Positions 53,814 to 64,000 of a DNA stretch of 64,000 nt are shown piece by piece. Made by a program: the position numbers and the translations under genes. A model generated the notes under the pieces. That model saw nothing but the letters and a program-made list of their open reading frames with translations. It ran no database searches and was not told the origin of the DNA. The stretch covers positions 14,570,001-14,634,000 of the forward strand of contig OX597815.1 in NCBI GenBank assembly GCA_951406725.2, read 5' to 3'. Position 1 is the stretch's first letter; each line of letters opens with the position of its first letter. The stretch is from Octopus vulgaris (Eukaryota).

Positions 53814-55603
53814 GATATATACGTGTGGCCGGCATTAAAGACATTTAAAGTTACAGCCGTATTTCATATATATTCTTTATACCGTGTTCCTGTCAAATGA
53901 TATTACAGCCTTCTGTAGAGAGCCATATTTAAATGGCTCCACAACCATGACACAAACAACCCACTATTCCATCTAAAAATTTATTGTCGAACATAAGACA
54001 AACCGTGTTGGCCTTTTATGCTTAACAACAGCAATAACTACAGACTGAGATACTGTTGGTACGACAACACGCGATTGGCCCAACATATCTGGAGACAATT
54101 GTACTATTTTCGTAACGACAAAGGTCCCTGGTCATCTGTCTTAGCTGTCTTCCTGGATCGTCTGGCTGTAAGAATGTGCGCCGAACGGTTTTTACAGGGA
54201 ACTGGAAGCCACATTCTAGAGTGTTCCAGAAAAATCCTGACCACGCCATCGCTTCACGCTGATTGATCGGTAAATAGATAGATCTCGTGAAACTATAATA
54301 GCTTGCTCGTGATAACTGATCGAGTATCTAGGGATTCGGTTTCAAATCACCGCTGCATCGCCCACTTTTAGGGAGTGGGTGTTTTTCTCCTTGTTTTTGT
54401 AGATCTTTACTCTTCTAAACTACTGCAGCGCAACTGTGAATGAATCGCTTGGAGGACTTAAAGCAGGGAGTTTTTGTAATGCCGGGAACCTGGAGGAACA
54501 AGCCGAAGACGATGTTTCTGGGTCACCCGCTGAGATATTCCATTTTTCTGAATCTGCGATTTCAGTTTGCGTTGTTAAGAAACCCGACAACATACACTAC
54601 CGTCAGAAATTAATTAGCACCCTTGATTTGCTCTTCACTCAAGGTATGTGCTGTCACCTAGTGGCCATATCTCGAACTATTGCTTTGTTGCGAGTTCACT
54701 GTTGCGCAGAACGATGACGTAACTTTGTTTGCAGAGCAGTTTGAGAGTCTACAGCCTTATGATGTTGACATAGCAGTGCAACAAATTGGAGTGCGGATGC
54801 AGACAAATCTTCCTTTGTTTAATAGATATAGGTAGCTCCTCGCAAGGACCGAAATCACACCATACTAAGTTTTCTCATCGCGTAAGACGTTTTGAACAGC
54901 TCATAGGTTAATTGATTTAACCTATTTAATGTAGAAATTTGAGAAGTGCTAATTAATTTCTGACGCAAGTGTATATGTGTATGATAAAAGCATTGACTTG
55001 CTTCTTAATTAATGAAAGTATGGTATTTTAACTGGGTGAAAGCCTCCATCAGCCGGACTTCTATTTTTTCTGTGCTCAACTGGTCCTTCTCTTCCATTTC
55101 CAGGTATGGCGCCAACGTTGATCTATCAAGGTAAAACTCGCTAGATCATCTATAGCTTGGAGTCTTGCCACCAACTTAATTTTTGGCAGTCAAGTGGGCA
55201 CATCTCCCTCGCCACAAAATGGCCTAACCGTCTCATTCGAAACACGGACCATACCCATCATTTATTTTTCTCGTTTGAAGTCCCTGGTTCATTCCCGGGT
55301 TTCGGCACCTGTGTTCGGTGATGCAGGGGCGCTATGTGCTGTGAGTTCGCGACAGGAGAGTGCCGGTCCGCAAGCCATCAGCTGCCGGTACGCGACGAGT
55401 TTCCAGTAAAGAAACATTATAAAATGCTTATGTAATATTGTATTATTTGTTTACAAAATAAATATAAGATTTAAAAAGTTGTCAACTTTTATTATATTCA
55501 TTATATATTATTGTTTCCGGTATAAATTAATATTACTAAGAAATATTGCCGGTTCCTGATACATTGAAAAAAAAACTGCCAGTACACCACATCAATCCGA
55601 TAC

Positions 55604-56888
55604 GGATCTTTTCAGTTTGAAGGCCAGATTTTCCTAGTTAACTAAACAATTTGAAACTTCGTATACTGGTAGAATGTGTCAAAAGAAAACATAATTGTAA
55701 ACCAAAATGAAAACGGAATTGTAATTTCTAAGTTTAACGTTGTTTAATAATTCGAATTTTAACCAATGATATTCTTTCTTTCGACTTCATATCATTTACT
55801 GCCTCTCAAAATATTGTTACTGTGCCGTAAACAGTTATTTTGTGACGTAGTTAACGTAAACATGTAAATAGCTGAAATGTAAACATCCGCTTATCGTAAC
55901 TAAACACTTTCAAACTTCGTGGAGTATATATAAAATTTGTGTAGATCCTAAATAGCTAAATTCTTTTTGAAAGTCTTAGTATATATAAAATGAGTGTTTA
56001 AATTATTTTCCATTGTTTGCATTGCTTACACACACACACATACATACATACACACATACTAAAATTACATCGTTGGAGCAGTAATTTATTTATGTATTTT
56101 TTGTTATACAATTTATTTGGATCTTTTCATTTTGAAGAACCCCTTTCTTATAAAATAGTTGAAGAATCTGGGGTGTAGGAATTGGGCCAGTATTGGAACT
56201 TTTAACTTCTTGCTCTCTATCTTATGATCTCCGAAATTTAAGAATCTTGTGTTAACTGGGCTCTTATTATTTACTCTGACTCTGCCACCACCTTAATGTA
56301 AAGATATCAGAATCATCTTCACAACCACCACTGCAACCATTACTACAACACCCAATGCCACCACCACAACCATCTTCTGCAACCACAACCCCAAGATCAA
56401 TACCAGCATCATATTCAAAATCACCAATTTCACCACCACTACACTCTGCAATGTCTTCAACACTACCATCCATGAGACATCCTAACATAATCAATGCTAC
56501 TACTACTATCATCATCATTATCATCATCATCCACTGCCGCCACCACCACCTCCACCTCTACAAAAACACCAACACTATAATTGCTGCCACCATACACATC
56601 CTCTGTCACCACTTCACCACCACTGCCATGATAACCACATCTACCACAGCTGTTTGCTTACTGCTTACCTACGTCACAGTAACACTATGCAGCTAATAAT
56701 TTCAAATGAAAACAGACGATACGATTGGTTAAAATTCGCAGATTTAAACTACCTTTAAACTTATAAAATACATTTTTGTCAAAAAAACTAGTTGAAATTA
56801 ATGTTTTCTTTTGACACATTCTACCAGTATACGAAGTTTCAAATTATTTAGTTAACTAGAAAATCTGGCCTTCAAACTGAAAAGATCC
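55604..56888. mobile_element. Non-autonomous DNA transposon with ~88-bp TIRs
   Basis: GGATCTTTTCAGTTTGAAGGCCAG...GAAAACAT and its near-perfect reverse complement at 56801-56888. Confidence 0.85.
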
Positions 56889-59300
56889 ATCTTTGCAGTC
56901 TGGCTGGTGCTTTCATGAGGTTTTTTCTATGTATTTGTTCTAGCGGGCGATGGTCTGTTTCACTATTGAAATGTCTTCCATACAGGTATGTATGGAACAT
57001 TTCACATCCATATACTACTGCCAGGAGTTCCCTTTCAATATTTGCGTACCTTGTCTCTGTGGGTGAGAGAGCTTTCGAGGCATATGCAATGGGTTTACCT
57101 TCCTGTAACACTGCTGCACCAACTCCTCTCATAGAAGCATCGACTTGGAGTGTTACTGGTTTGCGTCTGTCATAGTATTGCAGAGTTGTCTCCTTACTGA
57201 TGAGCTTTTTGATTGCTTTGAAATCCTGTGTGTGTGAAGCACACCAATCAAACTCTACGTCATCTTTGTTTAGTTCTCGGAGATTTGCAGTGTGATCGGC
57301 CAGCTTGGGTATGAAGGCTCCCATGTAGTGAATGAGTCTCAGGAAGCTCCTGAGTTCCTTCTTGTCTTTAGGTTCTTTAATGTCTCTGATGGCTTCCACT
57401 TTAGCGGGGTCTGGTTTAACTCCCTCTGCAGAGTATATAATTCTAAAGAATTTGCACTCCTTTGCTTTTATCACAGACTTGTCTGCATTGAGTTTGATGC
57501 CTGCTTGTCGAGTTTTCTCCATAGCTTCATGTAAATTGAAGTCATGTGTGGTCTCATCCTTGCCATGCACTTGGATGTCATCTGCTATTCCAATTGCTCC
57601 CTTGCAGCCTTGGTAGGTCTCATCTATTTGGCGCTGGAAAACATCTTGGCTCACCTTCAATCCAAATGGGAGTCGGTTGAATCGATATCTGCCAAATGGT
57701 GTGTTGAAGGTAGTGAGCATGGATGACTCTTTGTCTATCTTTACATTCCAGTACCCATTGCTGGCATCCAGTTTGCTGAATAATTTGGACCCAGCCAATG
57801 ATGGTATGATTTCTTCAAGGGTTGCAATTGGATGGTACTCTCTTTTTAATGCTTTGTTCAGGTCCCTTGGGTCGAGGCATATCCGTAGGGTACCATTGGG
57901 TTTTTCCTTTATTACAATTGAATTCACCCAGTCTGTTGGTCGTGTCACTTCGGTGATTATTTCTTTTTTTTCCCATTCTGTCCAACTCTGTCTTCAGCTT
58001 CTCTTTTAGTTCTATAGGGACGCGGCGAGGTGGGTGAACAATTGGTTTGATATTGGGGTCGACTGTTATATGGCATCGACATTTCACAAAGCACCCGACT
58101 ATATCATCAAAGCATTCATGGTACATGCTTATCAGTTCCTCTTTGTTTGTGATTGGTGGTCGGTCTTTGATAGGCATATCTCTGTCAATCCTGCTCGGAG
58201 TTGCCTTCACTTCACCATTGAATGACACAATATTTAGCTTTTTGCAGGTATTGAGTCCAAGAATTGCTGGTCCTTCTGTTCTTGTGACATAAAAAGAACA
58301 CTTGATTGTTTTTCCTTTGTGTGTCCCTGTGATTGTTGTTTTGCCCAGTTGTGGAATCCTGGTACCTCCGTACGCAGTGAGGATTACATCACTTGGTATG
58401 AGGATTCCTTCTTTGACTATAAACCTCTTGTGTCATGTGTTCTGGGAACATCTTTTTGTAGAGGTTGACAGGCAAGATATCACTCTGGGCTCCGGTGTCA
58501 ATCTTCAGCCTTAAGTCAATGTTTATTCATTTCTTGCCAGACTTCTTTTGAATTCTTATTGTTGTGTATGCCTCATTTTTTTTCTGGTCGTCATTTCCCA
58601 TCTCATACTCATTTATTGTGTCGACTGCCAAGAATTCCTCCTCTGAGGTGTTTTGTTCCTGTGGTTGTGCATGTATATCTCTTTGAAAATTGGGGCTTGT
58701 ATTTCTGAGATTTTTTTAGTCTACACATTTTTTCCCAATGGTTAGGCTTTCCACATGCTTTTCACTGTGTACCGAATGCAGGACATTTCTTCCGGTTGTC
58801 GAACTCATGTCTGTACCACAGTACTGGCATGTTCTTTGTTTGCAGGTACGTTTCGTCCTGCACCTAGATACAATATCTACACTGCAGCCTAGTGAGCTTG
58901 TTTGTAAGGTAAGTGAGGCCATTTGTTTGGTAGTAGCTTCGAATGCTCTTGCAGTGTCTACTGCTTCTATCAACTGGAGAGCGTCCTTACCTATGAGGGA
59001 TTTCTGAACTTCTTTATGAGCACAACCCCATATTAATTGATCAACAATTCTTTTGTCCTTATCTTTGAATTTGCATTTTTCGGCAACATTCTTTAGTCTG
59101 GACAGGAAATTGTCAATCGTTTCTTGTTTCAGGCCCTGGAATTCGTATCTGTGAATTCTATGGTTCGATCTGGGCTCTAGGTGCCTTTCAAATTTCTCTA
59201 AAAGTGTGTCTGGGTTATTGCAATCCGATTCTGACATGCCCCAGCTATTGATTAGGTCTAGGCCCTTCTCTACTTGCTGGGACCAGTATTCCGTTTGGGA
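56889..59300 (-). mobile_element. Gypsy (Mag-like) gag-protease-RT-RNase H, truncated
   Basis: Gag knuckle remnant CQYCG, protease KIDTGA, RT LPFGL and IADDI, RNase H VDAS, IERELLA, TDHRPL; frameshifts in gag/pro. Confidence 0.92.
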
Positions 59301-59324
59301 CATGCTTTTGAAATGGAAAGAAAG

Positions 59325-59700
59325 CATGCCCTTTTTTGGAACGACTTCTGACTGGAGACGAAAAATGGATTGCACGCTTAATGTTGTGCAAAACTGATCC
59401 TGGAGTTTGCAGAAATATTCCCCAAGCAACCAAAGATGAATATCCATGGCAACAAACCCGTCCTTTGTGTTTGGTGGAAACATAAAGGCATTAATATGAC
59501 CTTCTCCCATAAAACCAGACCATTCATTCTGATGTGTTCTGTCGTCAACTGGCTAATTTGAACCAAAATATATCAAAGAACTGCGGTTGGAGATTACCAA
59601 CAGAAAAGCATTAGTCTTCCAACAAGACAATGCCCGACCACTGTCAAATAGAAAGGATTCACCCTAACTCCCTCATATTCCTTATAGTCTTCATTGTTAT
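59325..59700 (+). mobile_element. Mariner transposase catalytic-domain fragment
   Basis: PFLERLLTGDEKWI, LCVWW, VFQQDNARP. Confidence 0.8.
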
Positions 59701-60109
59701 CATTTTTATGTCGTATGTTTTTTAAACCAATATTCTTTCATCAGATGCATTCTTAATTGAATTCTTTTCTTTTTGCTTTGCATCTTGTACAGATTTAAGT
59801 CTTTAATTTTATAAATATATATTTATATAATCTTTTAGGTGTTTATCCATTATCCAAAAACAAAAGGTCCCGGTCACTATTCATGGCCTCGGTGTCTAGT
59901 GAGGCAATCATCATCATCATCATCATCATCATTTAACGTCCGCTTTCCATGCTAGCATGGGTTGGAAAACTGGATTGGGTTATTCCTGAAACCAAAACAC
60001 TCTAAAGTGGAGCCTGTATTGTGTCTGCATCAAAAGATAGTCGCTCATCTGCTACTCACTGAAAACTGAAGGAAATTGGAATACGGTAATTACTTAATAC
60101 ACATTTCAT

Positions 60110-61218
60110 GCACAATTTTATGAGGTTGTCACAGTTCTAGGACAGTACTCTTCGCCCTATGAGATGACATCTGGTGTACCACAGGGATCTGTTCTTGGCC
60201 CCCTTTTATTTGTTGCATATGTTACTGACATAGATGCCAACTTAAAGAATGCCACAGTGCTGAAATATGCAGATGACATCAAGCTGTACCTCGAAATAAA
60301 GAGGTCAAATCTATTGCAAGCAGACCTGGACACAATGCAGCAGTGGATCATGGACTGGCAACTCAAGCTGGCTGAGGACAAATGTACCACCATGCATTTT
60401 GGGAGGAGAAACCCAGCGTCCACCTACTCCCTCCACAACACTAGTCTCAAAAAGTCTTCATGTGAACGTGACCTGGGTGTTATTGTCGACAGTGATTTGC
60501 GTTGGACAAAACACATCGCTAAAATTGTCAAGAAGGCTGAGGGTGTCTTGGCATCACTCACCAAATCCTTTGTGAGCCGCACTCCGGTTATACATCTGCG
60601 GCTTTATATAGCTATGGTAAGACCTCACCTGGAATTTGCATCACCGGTCTGCAACCCCTATCTTGCCCAGGATATCAATCGTCTGGAAGCTGTTCAGCGA
60701 CATGCAACCAAAAGAATACCCTCCATCAGGCATTTGCCATATCCTGAACGCCTTACTTCCCTGGGCATGGACACATTGAAACTCCGACGTCTGGCAGTTG
60801 AAGTGGCAGACACCCATAAAATTATCAACCATCGTACAAACAATAACTCTGAGCACCTTTTCAAACTCCACCCATCTAACACCCGTGGACATATTTACAA
60901 AGTAAGAAAACAGCAGTTCCCATGACTTCAGGAAACATTTTTTCACACTAAGAGTTGCTGAAGCATGGAACAAACTGCCGGCATCAGTTGTTAGTTGTCG
61001 GAGCACTGCATCCTTCAAAACTTCCATGCTTCCTGAGATCCACCCACGCTACACTTGATTTTCTCCCCTCCATACACACACAAGCATGTATCTGACACAT
61101 ACATTGTTTGCTTTCCAGACATTTCTACATTACTGCATGTACTTTATATGCACTTTCTGACAAGTTGTGGTGCACCTGAGCACTGTATGCAATAATTTCA
61201 TTATTATTATATTATTAT
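60110..61218 (+). mobile_element. CR1-type LINE, 5'-truncated (RT ORF 60164-60925)
   Basis: GVPQGSVLGPLLF, YADD, ERDLGV, TRGH; (TTA)n tail. Confidence 0.93.
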
Positions 61219-62824
61219 AAAATAAATATTTGCTCATATTTTTCCAGTTTTCTCATAAACAGAAAAAGATTACATTTTAAAATTTACATGGGCACAATTT
61301 CTTATCTGAAACACGAGAAGTGTATACTAAAAAAATTACCTTATATGTAAAATATAGGGGTCAGAATTTAATGTAACATGGCTTACTCTGAAAACCACAT
61401 CAGTGGTAACTTGTAAGCCAAGGTGATGGGTCAGAGAGTCAATACACATTTCAATTTGTAGGATTTGTAAAAAAACTTAGTTCAAATAAAAAAAAAAAAA
61501 ACATTACTTTTCACTTTATATTCACCATCATCTGTCTCTCTCTACCTTTCTTTAACCTCTCCATCAGGACATTACCCACCTTCTAAAATTATATTCCTTA
61601 CTCTCCTCTATATCACAACCTTAACTAAATATGTCCCCCTCACGTCATACACACTTCTCACTCTTCCCGTCTCACTCATGGCCTTATCCTTTCTCTCCAA
61701 TCACATGAAAGTGTTACTGACGACCTAAGTAACGTAATGACAAGTAGAATTCTTATAAGACCACCTTCCTTTACTTTTCCCTCTCTCTCACCCCACTACT
61801 CTAACTAACATAAATACACCAGTTGAACAAACAAGCTTCTGATTACATATATACACGTACATTATTTTTGTGGGAGGTTTGGATAATATTTTTTGCAAGG
61901 TAATTACAAATCACATAAGGAGACCGGAGAAAAGTTTGATATTATTTATTCAGCATTACATGTGTTTCATTTCCTAATAGGAATCAAAAGCTTTTAGATG
62001 TGTAGAAAACATGTAAGATATTTCCTATAAGAAATTCTTCAGAGATACATATGTGTGTGTGTGTGTGTGTTCCCTTGTCCAGATATTATGTGATGTTCGT
62101 AAAGGGCCATCATGACCGTCATACTTGTGCAGTTGTTCATTTCCAGTCCTCTGCGTAAAATATGTCTCACCAGGGAAAATATTTCCTTGCTTGGAAACAG
62201 GTGAGGATTGGTCACAAGAAAGGTACCCAGATGTAGAAAATCTCCATCAATGAATTCCATCTGATACACAGAAGCATGAATAGGAGAATGTTAAATGATG
62301 AGGATCACCATCATCGTGGTTCGTCTTCTGTATGAATGCATTTACATTTCAATAATTGATCATTTTCATAGATTGAGTTATCAGAAAAAGCTTAGGCTAC
62401 AGTTATATCTTTCATATTGATAGGACTGTGTACAAACAATTCACCATTTTGGAAGAATGATTCAGGGTTAACATCACAGTGATATGTTTTCGTTCCTCAG
62501 TCAATGCTCTTTTGATTCAATAATGGATGATTTCATGTCAAAGATTTACCATAGATGTCACATTCATATAGTTTCTATATTCTGTGGATGTCTTTATGAG
62601 ATACGTCCTTTGTCCTTCTGAGGAAATGTTATACAACAAATATCACTGTGTTAGGGACCCACTTCAGAAGGAAAGACTTGTTTAAATCAGAAATGATTTT
62701 GTGTAAATGATTTGCCACAGATATCACTGTGAATTGATTTTTCTTGAATGTGAATGCATTTGTGTATAGGAAAGTGACTTTTTCCAGAGAATGTCTTACC
62801 ACAGCTATCACAGGTATATGGTTT

Positions 62825-64000
<1,176 letters not shown>

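Noticed and set aside
54000-55330. Possible old LINE relic (also 4800-5900 and 42150-43000)
   Set aside because: Only faint motif hints; too degraded to support a call by eye.
56267-56696. Thr/Ser/His-rich ORFs inside the MITE
   Set aside because: Degenerate (CAC/CAT)n low-complexity sequence.
58716-59510. 264-aa ORF as a single protein
   Set aside because: Chance fusion of antisense mariner sequence with Gypsy gag.

Overview
This is AT-rich, repeat-dominated animal DNA. The SINE families, (TATG)n/(TA)n tracts and CDICGKSF-type zinc-finger array point to an octopus or other coleoid cephalopod; that assignment is an inference. Most ORFs in the supplied track are microsatellite or SINE artefacts. 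Host-gene content is small: (i) a candidate spliced gene for a 72-aa secreted, very acidic peptide with one Cys pair (TATA 22227, exon 1 22315-22428, terminal exon 29096-29200, AATAAA 29215), and (ii) the 3' part of a tandem C2H2 zinc-finger gene (minus strand, at least 14 fingers, three 2-bp indels) running off the right edge. Mobile DNA includes five tRNA-type SINE families, mariner/Tc1 relics, RTE, CR1 and RLE-type LINE relics, two Gypsy fragments, a non-autonomous Helitron and several MITEs. The most notable hidden structure is a complete type I hammerhead ribozyme (44611-44717, minus) inside a Penelope/retrozyme-like unit, plus three minimal hammerheads (11866, 24934, 25136). All calls were made by eye and coordinates of degraded repeats are approximate.
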